A DNA stretch of 64,000 nucleotides, taken from contig CAWDOY010000009.1 in assembly GCA_963803975.1 (NCBI GenBank), positions 88,040 to 152,039 on the forward strand. The letters run 5' to 3'. Under the pieces are notes generated by a model. It did not search any database, was not told the DNA's origin, and saw only the letters and a list, made by a program, of their open reading frames with translations. The DNA is from an uncultured delta proteobacterium. GTDB taxonomy: Bacteria; Desulfobacterota; WTBG01; CAIYCZ01. Shown one piece after another: positions 21,694 through 34,237 of the stretch (the stretch's first letter is position 1; every line of letters starts with the position of its first letter). The translations under genes and the position numbers were made by a program.

Positions 21694-23030
21694 CTAATAG
21701 AGTGTGGTGAGCTGTGCGCCCTTGAAATAATGAGAAAGGATTTCCTCGCAGGTCTTCCCCTGCTCTGCCATGCCGGCGGCTCCGATCTGGCACAGGCCCA
21801 CGCCGTGCCCCCAGCCTGCGCCATGCAGGGTAAAACCGGCAGGAACATCTCCGGCGCTGCCATAGGGCTCAACGATAAACGCCGAGCTGAGCAGATGGGT
21901 GGAGGAGAGAATGCGCCTGATCTCAAGCTCTTTGCCGATAATTTTTTCCTGTTGGGTGCCGCACACTCTCATTTTAAAAAGCCTTCCCGAAGGACCGCGC
22001 TCAAGGGGCACGAGTGCCCGTATCTCGCCAAAGTCAACGCCGGTTTTTGACAGGAGCAGCGCGCGCAGCTCTTCCTGCGGCAGATCAATCCGCCAGCGGA
22101 AAAAATCTTTGGTCTCGCAGTCAAAATCAGGAAGTATTTTTTTTATAACTGTTTTGTCTTCGATATTACAGTATGCCGCAGGCCGTGACATGATAAACTG
22201 GCGCGCATCCTCTTCGCTCATGACCGGAGAGGACGGCTCTTGCGCGTCAGTAGTACTTTCCAGGTACGGGACCGGCGTATCATCCCAGGCAACAGAAAAT
22301 TTTTCTGTTATTCCTCCGCAGCACTTTGAGTAGCGCGCGTCACAGATTTCATTATTATATACCAGGACCTGTCCCCGCGTCTCTTTCATCGCCTGTTCTG
22401 CCGCGGTGTTTATCCGCCCCAGGCCCTGGTAGCGCTGGCAGTGGTCATCCGCGCACACGTCAAAATCCCGGTGCGCTTCACGGCCGGTCCAGGAAATAAC
22501 TTCAGCTGCAGCTGTAATCCGCCTTGTGGCCTGCGGGCTGCTCTGTATCTTTCCGGCCGAGCTGATTTAAGAGCCAGCTTCTGGAGCAGATGCAGTGGGC
22601 TTTTAAAAACTCTATTCTGTTCTCCGGGCTCATCTCGGATGCTATGACGCTTGCAAGGTAGGTCTCAAGATAAATGCTGTTGATGGCAATGATGCGCCCC
22701 GGAGAGGGCATCATCAAATGCAGCGCTCCCTTGAACTTCTGGACCAGCGACCGCTCCCAGTGAAAAAGTTTACCGATCTTCACCTCATGCAGGGTAAATA
22801 ATGCGCTCTCAGGAACTGCTGGCGTGAGCTGCAGACTGCGGCGCGATGAATCCGGGCGCCGTCCGAATGGTAAGGCACAGAAGCTCTCCCTCGCAGAAGA
22901 CCCGGTATGCTCCCGGCTTGAGGACTATATTCTCAAGATGAAATTCTCCCAGCAGCTCAAAGCTGATCTCAGGAACATCTTCAATAAGACCAACAGCGAT
23001 AATTGGTTCTTTCTGTGGCAGAGCCGTCAT
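21694..23030 (-). CDS. SpoIID/LytB domain protein; several frameshifts
   Basis: LETYLASVIASEM, CADDHCQRYQG, GAGWGHGVGLCQIGA. Confidence 0.88.
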
Positions 23031-23103
23031 TTCAATTTCCCATTCCCTGTTGCCTATTGCCTGACTGCCTGTTGCCTTTTTCCATCATTCACTGCAATCC
23101 GCA

Positions 23104-24129
23104 CTAACCCCCAATCCCCAACCCCGAGAAAACTTCCGGTCCCTGACACACTTCCCGGAATATCTCAAGAATCATTTCCCGGTCAAGCCTGTCAAAGTCC
23201 TCCCGCCGAGGAAGTATCAGAAGCCCGCCGACATCAACCGCTCCGGGGCTGATCACCATCTTTTCCGGGTCATCTTTAAAATAGCAGGCCGGCCGGTGCG
23301 CCTTGCGGGGAAAGAGTATGCCGTAATAGGTTCCGCTGCTGCCCGCAATGATGACATTCACCATGGCTTCCTCTTCACCTGCACATGCTGCGGGCAGCGA
23401 GCAGAGCACGCGGCTAAACCGTTCCTGTAAAAAATCCGGGCTTTTCGTCTTGCAGATAAATACTGAGCGAAAATCAGGGTATCCGATGAAGCACGTCCCC
23501 TGCGGGCTTTCTTCAATTTTTTGCAGCACCGGGCTGCCGCTCTCTTCTTCTATGAGTCTTTTAATCTGCTCGACCAGCGGGATGGCGCCGGCAGGTGCCA
23601 TCTGAAAATGCAGGTGGTCCGGGGCGGATGCTCCGCAGGCAGGGCCGTTATAGAAGGCAATGAAGCTGAAATCAAGCTCTCTCGTCAGCGCGATCATGGC
23701 CGGCAGCGCCGGCTCGATTCTCTGCAGGCAGTGCTCAGTATGGGAGATGACCAGGTGATCAGGGAAAGAGCGGCGCGGGATTATTTAAAATAAGCCACTC
23801 GTCCCGATACAGCAGGCGCGCGCTGCTCGGCGGGGAGATTCTGCAGGCAGAGAAAGCAGGGCCGCTTGCTGATTGACTCTTTATCAACCGGAGACCGGGC
23901 GCTTATAATTCTTCCGGGATTGCACTGAAGCGTTATTGCAAGGTCATTTAACTGCAGCGTTCCTGAAAAGAGCCTGCTTCAGGAGCGCGTGCGCTTTTTT
24001 AAGCTCTGGCCAGTTTTCAAGCTGCTGCGCTATGAGCGCGCGCACTGCATCAGTTAAAGACCGGGACGGTGTATCAGTGAGATACGGGGCGAGCGCTGCT
24101 TCATCAAGCAGCAGGTTTTCTAAGCTCAC
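23104..24129 (-). CDS. DUF4922 protein (HIT-like nucleotide phosphorylase fold); frameshifts
   Basis: LQCNPGR, CFLC, YNGPACGASAPDHLHFQ, HRPACYF, SPGAVDVGG. Confidence 0.8.
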
Positions 24130-25599
24130 GTCACACCCTTTCCTGCCTTGATTCTCTCTGCTATTTCCGTGGTTCTCAGTCCGTCCTTGTAAAAAGCGTA
24201 GCAATTCTCCTGCTCATGGGAGAGGTTTGCGTCAGAGTTTCCTTCCCAGCGCCGGCACAAATACAGGGGCTTAAAAATTCTGCCGACCCGGTACTCGCGG
24301 GAAATCCGCAGCGCCATTGCGTAATCCTCGCCGTAGCTGACATTGGGAAACGGGTGCTTGCGCAGAAGGCTTGCGGGAAACGCGCGCGGCGCGCCGATGC
24401 CGTGGACCCTGAGCAGGTTGTTGCGGCCGTTCTCCTCGGTCCACTCCCGGTGCTCCACGAGCCCCGGCGGAATCTCCTGCAGGGAAAAATTCACCACCCG
24501 GTAGGTGCCGACCACCATGCCGTACTGCCCTTCCTGCAGCATGGCTATGACCGCGGCAAGAGTCCCGTCATCCGCGTACAGGTCATCTGAATCAAGCTGG
24601 CAGACATAGCGGCCGCACTGCGGCGACATAATGGCCTCATTCCAGCACCCGCCAATGCCAAGGTCAGTGCGCTGCAGGAATTATATGCACCACCCGCGCA
24701 TCTTTTGCTGCGAGTTCCTCAACCCGCTCGCCGGTTTTGTCCGTTGAATGGTTCTGCACCACGATGACGTTAAAGGGAAATGCGGTCTTCTGCCCGAGAG
24801 CGCTTGCAATGGCATCGGCTATGGTCTTCTCCCGGTTGCGCACCGGTATGACCACGCTTGCCTCAACCGGATACGCGGATGCGTCATGAGGAACCGTTCT
24901 GCATGAGGGCCTGACGTACGCCCCGATCTCTTTTAAATGCTCGGTCGCCAGCGCCTCCATCTCCTGCTGGTATGCCACGCGCGCCGGGTCAACATAATCA
25001 AAGAGCGACCTGGTTACATCTTTGCGATAATCCTTTGCCGCTATGGAGAGCGGCTCAGGTATGCGCGCCACTCCCGCACTGCGGGAAATTCTCAGGCGCA
25101 GCTCATAGAGGCCGCCCCAGCGGGTGTCCTGCAGGGGGCCGTACTGCTCCCGTGCCGCCTCGCAAGACTCTTTTCTGAAGAGCATCAGGGGCCCGAAAAA
25201 AAAGTCATCCCGTATGCTCCCCTGCTGGTAGTCAATAGTTTCCCGCACCAGAGACCGGTTTTCTTCATAATAATCCGCGTAACAGAGTCCCGCATCTGCT
25301 TCCTGCGCCCGCTGCAGCAGCCGCTCAATACCTTCCTTGAAAATTCTTACGCCGCGGGGTTTGGGAATCATCAGCACGAACGGGCACGGCTGCGCTTTTT
25401 CCAGAGCCTGTTCCAGCGCGTTTCCGCCCAGGGGAAATGATGCAGTAACGATATCGAAGCTGCCTGATACGACAGAGGCCGCATCAGGTCTTGAGAGGAT
25501 AATTATTTTTTCAATGAGGGGATGATTATTGAGATCATTAAGGAGTGCGGGGTCGGGAGGAGCGTCATCTGCACAAATAATAGCGGCGATAGGGTTCAT
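24126..25599 (-). CDS. Glycosyltransferase family 2; frameshift near 24670
   Basis: SVVIPVRNREKTI, NHSTD, QLDSDDLY, SYGEDYA, LYLCRRWEGNSD. Confidence 0.88.
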
Positions 25600-25607
25600 G
25601 GCATTAT

Positions 25608-25680
25608 AGCTTTCAGCATTCAGCTGTCAGCATAAAAATATTACCATCAACTGAAAGCTGATTGCTGATAGCTGACAGCT
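25608..25680. repeat. Inverted heptamer (GCTNTCA/TGANAGC) repeat hairpin
   Basis: AGCTTTCAGCATTCAGCTGTCAGC ... GCTGATTGCTGATAGCTGACAGCT; related tracts at 6290, 37546, 45204/45377 and 57925. Confidence 0.8.
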
Positions 25681-27453
25681 ATTTTAATTTCCACAAGAGT
25701 GCAGGTTCCGTCATCAGAGCCGGCAATGAGATACTGGTTGTTCGGGCTGAACTGGACAGATTCAACACTGTTGGTGTGGCCGTAAAGCTTTTTTATGACC
25801 TCGCCTTTCTCCATGTCCCAGATATAGATACCATTATCTCCGGACCCTGTTGCGAGGTACTGGCCGTCAGAGCTTATTGCCAGGCACCAGTGGGGATCTT
25901 CATTCTCTTTCAGCACTTTGACCGCTGTCCCCTTTTCCGCATCCCACACCCTGATGGTATTATCATCGGAAGCTGATATCAGGTGCCTGCCGTCAGGCGT
26001 GTAGATTACAGACCACACATAACCGCTGTGGCCCTTCAGGCTGCGCAGGGTTTTCCCATCTTTGACGTTCCAGATTTTTATCTGGTTGTCCCAGGAGCCT
26101 GAGGCAAGAAACTGGCCGTCCGGGCTGTACGCCAGAGTCCAGACATAGCTTGCGTGGCCGCGCAATGTTTTAACCGTGGTGCCTGACTCTACATCCCATA
26201 TTTTTATGGTATTATCATCTGCTCCCGAGGCAAGATATTTTCCGTCAGGGCTGAACTGGACAGTCACCACATAGTCCTCATGCTCCTTAAGGGTTTTAAT
26301 CTCCTGCCAGGACGTCGCATCCCATATCTTTATGGTTTCATCGTCAGAGGCTGATGCCAGGAGCTTTCCATCAGGGCTGAAGCAGATGCAGTTGACATCA
26401 TCCGTATGGCTTTCGAGCTCCTTAATGAGGGCGCCGCTTTTAATGTCCCACACCCGGATGCCGCCGTCCTTTGAAGCGGAAACAAACTGGTCCCCCCGGG
26501 GATGAAACTGGGCTGACCAGACAAACCGGGTAAAACCGTCAATCGTTTTTACCGGCGTTTTCTTCTCTATGTCCCAGATTTTTATGGTGCAGTCCCGCGA
26601 ACCCGACGCAAAGTGTTTGCCGTCAGGGTTGATGCTCAGCGACCAGATAAATCCCGTATGCCCCTTGTAGGTCCGCACTTCCCGGCCGGTGGCAAGGTTC
26701 CACATTTTAATGGTGCCGTCATCAGAGCTTGAGAACAGGAACTTTCCGTCAGACGTATAGCTGACGGCAATCACGTAATCCCGGTGACCGGAAAGCGTCT
26801 GCACATCTTTGCCGGTCTGCCACATCCCATAGTTTCACCGTCATATCATCTGAGGCGGATGCGATATATTTTCCGTCCGGGCTGAACGCGATTGCCTCAA
26901 TGATGTTGGTGTGCCCTTCAAAGGACTTGATAAGCTTGCCGGTCTTTAAGTCCCAGAGCTTGATGGTGTCGTCATCCGAGCCTGATGCCAGGAACTGCCG
27001 GTCAGGGCTGAAGCGCACCGAGGTCACGCCATTAGCGTGGCCGCGCAGGGTCATGACCGCCTTGCCGGTCTTTACATCCCAGAGTTTTATAGTGGCATCA
27101 TCTGAGCCTGAGGCCAGCAGTTTTCCGTCAGAGCTGAAGCGCACCGTTGTCACATCATTGGTGTGGCCCCGCAGGGTTGTCACTGCCTTGTTGGTCTTTA
27201 AATCCCAGAGTTTGATGGTGTCATCATCCGAGCCGGATGCAAGCAGTTTTCCGTCAGGGCTGAAGCTGATCGAGACTACGAAATCCGTGTGGCCGGCCAG
27301 CAAGGCCTTTTCCTTATATGTTTCTGTATCCAGCAGGTATATGCCGATAGACGTGGCAACCGCCAGGGTCTTGCCGTCAGGGGAATACTTTACGTTGAAA
27401 ATCCAGCCCTTGCCGAAGGTGCGCACGGGTGTGCTCTTAATTTTTAGTGCCAT
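25647..27453 (-). CDS. WD40-repeat protein with 14 repeats; frameshift near 26820
   Basis: Repeated GH...V..V.FSPDG..LASGSDD.TIKLWD units across two ORFs. Confidence 0.92.
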
Positions 27454-27477
27454 AGGGTTTCTCTTACAGAAGATAAC

Positions 27478-27626
27478 CAGGCTGTTGAAAAACACCCATC
27501 TGCTGCGTTGCGCTCATCCTTCGTCATTGCGACGTACGGTAATGTACGACTCATTCCTCAGGATTTCGCGCGCCTTGCATCTGAATGTTTTTGACCAGCC
27601 TGGGGAAAACTACCTTTTCAACAACC
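27478..27626 (-). repeat. Repeat family A, copy 2
   Basis: Reverse complement of 11300-11448. Confidence 0.9.
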
Positions 27627-27628
27627 GT

Positions 27629-28904
27629 TTAAGGAGTCAGAGAGTTAAGGAGTTGCAGGAGTTTAAGCATTATTAACTCCGTCACTCCGGAACTCCCGAA
27701 CTCTGCAACTGCAATTATATGTGTCTTTTCTGCTTTAAACTTTGCTATTTCATCACTGCCGAAGCCAAGCTCCTTCAATACTTCTTCATTGTGCTGGCCG
27801 AGCGTGGGTGGAGCAGCCGTTACCTCAGCCGGTGTTTTGGAAAACTTGATCGGGGCGCCGGTTACCTTGATTTTGCCGCACTTGGGGTGATCAATCTCGA
27901 CCAGCATATCCCGGGCAATAACCTGCGGATCGGCAAAAATCCGGTCAATGGTGTAAATAGGCCCGCAGGGAACGCCGGCCTTGTCCAGGATGTCAAGCCA
28001 CTGATCCATGGTTTTGGTGGCGATCACCGGGTTGATAATTTCAACTACCTCTTTGCGGTTTTTCACCCGCTGGGCGTTGGTGGCAAACTTCGGGTCACTG
28101 ACAATGTTCTGCAGGCCGGTTGCCTCGCAGAATTTTTGCCAGAGGTTATCATTGCCCACGGCAATATTGATATAGGCGTCTTGTGGCCTTGAAGGCCTGA
28201 TAGGGAACAATGAGCGGATGGCCGGAGCCGATTTTTTCCGGCACATCGCCTGCTGTCAGGTACCGGCCAGCCTGATAGGTAAGCCAGGAAACCTGTCCGT
28301 CAAGCATTGAGGCATCAACCATCTGGCCTTCGCCGGTGCGCTGCCGGTGATACAGTGCGGTGAGAATACCGATGGCGGCAAACATGCCGGTTGCAATGTC
28401 GGTAACCGCCACGCCGACTTTTATTGGCGGCCCGCCCGGCTCGCCGGTGATCCCCATGATGCCGCCCATTCCCTGCAGCACCTGGTCAAAACCGGGGCGC
28501 TCGCGGTAGGGGCCGGTCTGGCCGAACCCGGAGATGGAGCAGTAGATGATTTTCGGGTTTATCTTCTTGACGCTCTCATAGTCAAGGCCGAGCCGGTCCA
28601 TGGCACCGGGGCGGTTGGTTTCAAGAAGCACGTCCGCCTTTTCAAGCATCTTGTTAATAATGGATTTGGCATCCTTGCTCTTCAGATTAAGGGAGATGCT
28701 CTTTTTGTTGCGGTTGACGCTTAAAAAATAAGCGCTCTCTCCTTCAACAAAGGGCGGGCCCCATGCCCGCGAGTCATCACCTGAGCCCGGTGGCTCTACC
28801 TTGATAACCTCAGCTCCCATATCAGCCAGGAGCATGGTGCAGTAAGGGCCTGCCAGTGCCCGTGAAAAATCAATTATTTTAATACCTTCCAGTGCGCGTG
28901 CCAT
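27629..28904 (-). CDS. Class III CoA-transferase (CaiB/BaiF family); frameshift near 28180, true stop possibly near 27715
   Basis: LAGPYCTMLLADMGAEVIKVE, NRNKKS, ISGFGQTGP, PPTLGQHN. Confidence 0.92.
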
Positions 28905-29076
28905 ATACCTGTTCCGCCTTCCATCTGAATTGAGTCATATACCCCTATGACATAACTACCCGTAATAAGTTTTTAACTATATGAATATGGATGAAAATTG
29001 TCAACCCATTTTAGACCGAAAGTAAAAACGCGAACGGGCGCATGCCCCTGCTATCGCGCTTCAACAGCCGGCGGCC

Positions 29077-30354
29077 TCACCTGAAAGTGCTTTGCAATAT
29101 ATCAAGCAGCAGCCTGATGTTTAAAAATGTTACGATAGCGGCAAGCAGCAAGAGGATGCAATTATCTATACGGGAATTTTTATAGGGACCCATTACCTTT
29201 TCTGCTGCGGTTAAATAAATCTGCAGGAAAACGGTGATCGGCAGCTGCATGCTCAAAAACACCTGGGATAGAATCAGTCCCTGGAATGGTTTTTCAATAA
29301 AAAAAATCATTACGGTTGCGGCACAAAGAGTAATGACGACACCGGTTCTTGAAGAGGGGGAGCCAATATCATAGGGCTTGCCAAAAATTCCAGAAAATAT
29401 TGAGCCGCCTGCAAGACCGGCGGTTACGGTCGAGGAAATTCCTGAAAAAAGAAGGGCCAGAGCAAACACCAGTGCGGCTGAGCTGCCCAGCAGCGGCTTC
29501 AGCATCTCCTGTGCCTGCTGAAGCTCGCTCACCTTAATGGACCGGGTGAAAAAAATTGCAGCAGCCACCAGTATCATGGCGCTGTTTATAGCCCACCCCA
29601 CCCCCATGGAAAAAAGTGTGTCGAGAAATTCGTACTTGAGCTGCCTCCTGATCGTTTCAATGTCCTTAAGGTTCCACTGCCTGCTCTGAATGACTTCGGA
29701 ATGCAGAAACAGGTTGTGCGGCATAACCACAGCTCCCAGGACGCTCATGAGCAGCATGATGGAGCCATCCGGTATGACGGGCACGACCCATCCGACAGCA
29801 GCCTTTTTCCAGTCTATGGCAATAAGGCTCAGCTCGAATAAAAAGGCGAGGCCGATCAGGGAGACAAAGCCGATAATCAGCTTTTCAAGGCTGTTGTAGG
29901 AGTTCGCAAACAGCATCCACAGAACCAGCAGCGCAGTTAAGACCGCGCCTGCTGCTATGGGAAGGCTAAAGATCATGTTAAGGGCTATCGCCCCGCCGAG
30001 TATTTCCGCGAGCGCCGTTGAAATTGCGGCAAGCACTGCGGTGCCAAGCACGGTCCGGGACACAGCAGGCTTGAGATGGATGGTTGCTGCCTCGGAAATG
30101 CACAATCCAGTGGCGATGCCCAAGTGCGCGGCATTGTGCTGCAGGAAAATAAGCATCACCGTTGACAGGGTCACTACCCAGAGAAGCTCATAGCCGTAGA
30201 ATGACCCGGTCGCCATGTTGGCTGCCCAGTTCCCCGGGTCAATAAATCCGACCGTAACCAGGAGCCCCGGGCCGATATATTTTAGAAATTCAAGGATGCC
30301 GAACCGGGGCGTCGGTGTTTCGTTAACGCTTTCCCTGTTTTGAAAACGAGACAT
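29077..30354 (-). CDS. mntH: Nramp-family divalent metal transporter
   Basis: GPGLLVTVGFIDPGNW, GAVVMPHNLFLHS, multiple TM helices. Confidence 0.9.
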   Translation of the reverse strand: MSRFQNRESVNETPTPRFGILEFLKYIGPGLLVTVGFIDPGNWAANMATGSFYGYELLWVVTLSTVMLIFLQHNAAHLGIATGLCISEAATIHLKPAVSRTVLGTAVLAAISTALAEILGGAIALNMIFSLPIAAGAVLTALLVLWMLFANSYNSLEKLIIGFVSLIGLAFLFELSLIAIDWKKAAVGWVVPVIPDGSIMLLMSVLGAVVMPHNLFLHSEVIQSRQWNLKDIETIRRQLKYEFLDTLFSMGVGWAINSAMILVAAAIFFTRSIKVSELQQAQEMLKPLLGSSAALVFALALLFSGISSTVTAGLAGGSIFSGIFGKPYDIGSPSSRTGVVITLCAATVMIFFIEKPFQGLILSQVFLSMQLPITVFLQIYLTAAEKVMGPYKNSRIDNCILLLLAAIVTFLNIRLLLDILQSTFR

Positions 30355-30477
30355 GGCGCTCTTCAATCCCTTTTCACATATAAAAACCATCCCCGCGGTA
30401 CGCTGCAGGAAATTAGCCGGGCGAATAATTACAGATATACTTTTTCTCGCGCTTTCTTTCAATATAAAACAGAAAAT

Positions 30478-30530
30478 TGCAAGACGAAGGATGAGCGCAA
30501 CAAAGCAGACAGGTGTTTTTCAACAGCCTG
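30478..30530 (+). repeat. Repeat family A, partial copy 4 (right end only)
   Basis: GACGAAGGATGAGCGCAAC...GGTGTTTTTCAACAGCCTG. Confidence 0.8.
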
Positions 30531-30578
30531 TTAATGGCTAGGAGCCATCATCCTTTACTTTTTACTGCACGCATCCTA

Positions 30579-30606
30579 TTGACACAAAATTAATTTATTC
30601 TATAGT
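30579..30606 (+). promoter_or_regulatory. Sigma70-type promoter, probably giving a leaderless mRNA
   Basis: TTGACA-16 nt-TATAGT, then 7 nt to ATG 30614; no Shine-Dalgarno. Confidence 0.55.
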
Positions 30607-30613
30607 GTAGTCC

Positions 30614-32439
30614 ATGCGCATCGTACTCCTCTATCCGCCGCCATGGAAAATTCCTGCCCCCGGTGAAAACCCGGAGCGTTCAGGAGAAGGCCCTCCATCG
30701 AACTGGCATGCGAGTTATTCCTTTGACGGTGACACCCTGCACATCCCCTGCGGGCTGCTGAGCCTCGCAGCGCAGGCTCGCCATGCCGGCCATGAGGTGA
30801 CGGTCCTCAACCTCTACACGTTTGCGTGGCGCGATGTCTGCCGGATCATTGAGTGTTTTCCTGCTGACCTGTACGGACTCTCCTGCTTCACATCCAACCG
30901 CAGGGGCGTACTCTCAACAGCGCGGCTGGTCCGCAGCACCTATCCCCATGCTCATATTACGGTCGGCGGCCCCCATGCTTCAGCCCTTCCCCGGGAGATG
31001 CTTGAGCACTGCGCGGCCATAGACACGGTGGTGATCGACGAGGGAGAAGAGACGTTTAAAGACCTCTTGGCGCGGCTTGAAGCCGGGCAGCCTGCGCAAA
31101 ATATTCCCGGCATTGCATGGAGAGAGGCAGAAGAAATAAAGGTCGCTGCACCGCGTGCCCTGATTAATGATCTTGATGCGCTGGTGTCATCGTTTCGCTA
31201 TTATGATGATTATATTGCACTCACCTCCCGGGGATGCGACTATGCCTGCACCTTCTGCGCAGCGCCCTTCCTGTGGCAGGGAAAAACCCGCTTTCATTCC
31301 GCAGGCTACGTCCTTGACCTGCTGGAACAGCTGGTCAAGCGAGCCACGGGCATAAAGCCATTGCCTTTAAAGATGACACCTTTACCGCTGACCGGGAGCG
31401 CGTTCTTCAAATCTGCCGCGGCATTGAGAAGCGCGGGCTGAATCTGCTCTGGAGCTGTGACACCCGCGCGGACGCTCTTGATGAAGAGCTGCTCGCTGCA
31501 ATGCGCAGGGCCGGCTGCCAGCGCGTAAGCCTTGGTGTTGAATCAGCAGCCCCGGAGATTTTACGGGCGCTTAACAAGCGCATTGCTCCCGCGGAAGTCC
31601 TTGCTGCAACAGCGATGGCAAAAAAATTCGGTTTTGAGATACGCTACTATTTGATAGCCGGCAGCCGCGAAGAAACCGCAGAAACGCTTGCGGAAACGTT
31701 TCAATTTATACAGGAGGCTCTGCCCACGCAATACATTTTCAATCCGTTCACCATCCTGCCGGGAACAAAAGAGTATATGATTGCCGAGCGGGACGGACGC
31801 ATACAGCCCGAACAGTTCTTCTCTGATGATTTTATCGAATGCACCCCCGCGCCTGCCGACCCGGCGCTGCAGCGCATGATGGAAAATCTGCAGGCTAATC
31901 CCGGCGTGCGCAGCGCGTGGCATTACAGCGCGGCTGAGCGGCGCGCAATCCTTGAACGTTTTCCGGATGTTCATGCTGTGTACATGGACCTTGGCGCTGC
32001 GCTCTATGGCGAGGGAAACCTTACCGAAGCAGAGAACCTGGTGCGAAAATCACTGGCTATGGGCTACCCTCTTCCGGGGCTCTGCTACAATTACCTTGCC
32101 TGCATTGCCTATGCGCAGGGCAATCTCAAGGCAGCGATGGAATATCTTATCCAGGCGCGCGAACAGGGTTTTCACCAGGTGGTCGAAACAAATCTGCAGT
32201 CAGTACAGGAGTGGCTGAAAGCTGACGGGCTTCGCAGCAGCCGAACGCTTAACCTTGTTGCCGGACACTCTTTTGAGATAACCTGCCGCAGGCAGCAGCC
32301 GGTCACGCCGGCACCGATAACCATTCATGATCCGCGTTTGCCGGCAGATGCAGCGCCCCTGGTGGTGGTGCCGGTTGACAGCGTTCTCTGGCAGCGGCAG
32401 GGAGGTGCCAGATGTTTAAGGCGCTCAACATACCCCTGA
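30614..32439 (+). CDS. Cobalamin-binding radical SAM protein with C-terminal TPR-like region; frameshift near 31340
   Basis: B12 domain (GLLSLAA, GGPHAS, EGEET), TSRGCDYACTFC, SLGVES. Confidence 0.88.
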
Positions 32440-34029
32440 CCATCGGTTTCTTTCTGCTCTGTTTCTGGACCATAGCGCTGCTCTTCTCCTACAGCCGCCC
32501 TGCTTCCCCGGCAAAACCCGCCGCCGGAACCGGGGTGCGCTGGCTGCTGCGCTGCGTGTGCCTGCTGTTCCTTGCCACCTATCTCTATCAGGCCACCTGG
32601 CAGCTGGCCGGATTCGGCCGGCCCGCGTTCATGGACTTCATGCGCAAGTACAGCCGCCGGCCCGTTAATCCCGCAAAAGAGATGGCCCGGGGCAGCATCC
32701 TTGACCGCAACGGCGTAGAGCTTGCGGTCAATGCCCGCTCTGACAACCTGCTCCGCAGGTATCCCTATGGCCGGGGCTTCTGCCATCTCATCGGCTACGC
32801 AGACCCGATGTTTGGTCTGTCGGGACTGGAAGCTGCTGACAATGCGTTCCTGAACGGCTCAAGCCTCTCCTCTCCTGATGAGCTGGGCAGGTTCAGCATG
32901 AACATCCTTAACCACCGCACCGCAGAGGGCAATGATCTTATCCTTACCATAGATGCCCGGCTGCAGAAAACAGCGGCAGCCCTGCTGCGCAACAGGCCCG
33001 GCGCCATTGTGGCCATACAGCCGCAGGACGGCTCAGTGCTGGCGCTGGTCAGCGCCCCTGCTTTCAGTCCGGAAGACCTTGAGGCATCACTGTTCAGTGA
33101 TGAAAGAAAAAACAGTTCGCCGCTTCTGAACCGTGCTGTCCAGGGGCTGTATCCTCCTGGTTCAATAATTAAAATTATGGTTGCAGCAGGTGCTGTGGAG
33201 GGCGGTTTTTCTGATCTTCTGGACTGCCCGGCCCAGGGCTACACGCCGCCGGGGCCGCATCACCGGCCAATCCGGGACCATGAATATTATGAATACCAGC
33301 GCCGTGATGAAACCTGGCAGGGATGGGGCCGCATCGGGCTGGAGGAAGGGTTTGCCCGTTCTTCCAATGTGTTTTTCGCCCAGCTGGGAGTAAAACTCGG
33401 CAGCCGGCAGCTGAACAAAGCTGCCGAGCGCTTCCTGTTCAATAAGCCGCTGGTGCTCTTTGAAGGGTCATCAGGAACTATTTCAGTAAAGCAAAGCTTC
33501 TGGCCCGTGGTGAGCCCGGAAGATCCGGGAAGCCTTGCCCAGCAATCAATCGGCCAGGGAGCTTTGCTGGTGACGCCCCTGCACATGGCGCTGCTTGCGG
33601 CCGCGATTGCCCGTGACGGCGTAGCTCTATGCCCCGCGCCTGGCAATGCGGACACCGCCCCGCCTGCTCGATAGAATAATGGATTACGGAGTCGCGGAAA
33701 AGCTGAAGCAGCTCATGCGCTACACCGTGGAGCACGGCACTGCTCAGGGCGCAAATATAAAGGGCTTGAACATCGCGGGGAAAACCGGCACTGCCCAGGC
33801 TTCAGAAGGCGCTGACCATTCGTGGTTTGTGTGCTTTGCTCCCCTGGAGCGGCCCGCTATCGCGCTGGCAGTGCTTATTGAACACGGCGGATACGGCGCG
33901 GCCTCTGCATTGCCGGTGGCAGCCGAACTCGTCAGGAAGGCAAAAAAACTGGGGCTGCTGGAGCCCGAAGCTGCTCCTCCGGCGGAAACTAAAAATAAAA
34001 CCTCAAGGAAAAATTCTAAATCCAAATAA
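32412..34029 (+). CDS. Class B penicillin-binding protein (PbpA-like transpeptidase); frameshift near 33635
   Basis: RGSILDRNG, LTID, SxxK (PGSIIK), SxN (SSN), KTGT. Confidence 0.9.
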
Positions 34030-34035
34030 CTAAAT

Positions 34036-34181
34036 CCTAAACCGGACAAACCGGAACCAAAGTTAACCACATAGACTAAAAAAGAAGATTGAATCTGGAA
34101 CTCGATTCGACTGAGCCATCGCTGGCAGGAACTCACAAAGAAAAAAACAATACTTTCCTGATTTCTTGAGTTCCAGATTTT
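34036..34181 (-). repeat. Repeat family B, copy 2
   Basis: CCTAAACCGGACAAACCGGAACCAAAG ... GAGTTCCAGATTTT. Confidence 0.88.
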
Positions 34182-34237
34182 TAATTTTAAATTCAGTTTA
34201 GTGCTTCGGATTTCGAATTTCGGATTTATCAAAGCTT

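Noticed and set aside
30355..30478. Mn-sensing yybP-ykoY or other riboswitch upstream of mntH
   Set aside because: No recognisable conserved motif by eye; an Rfam scan would be needed
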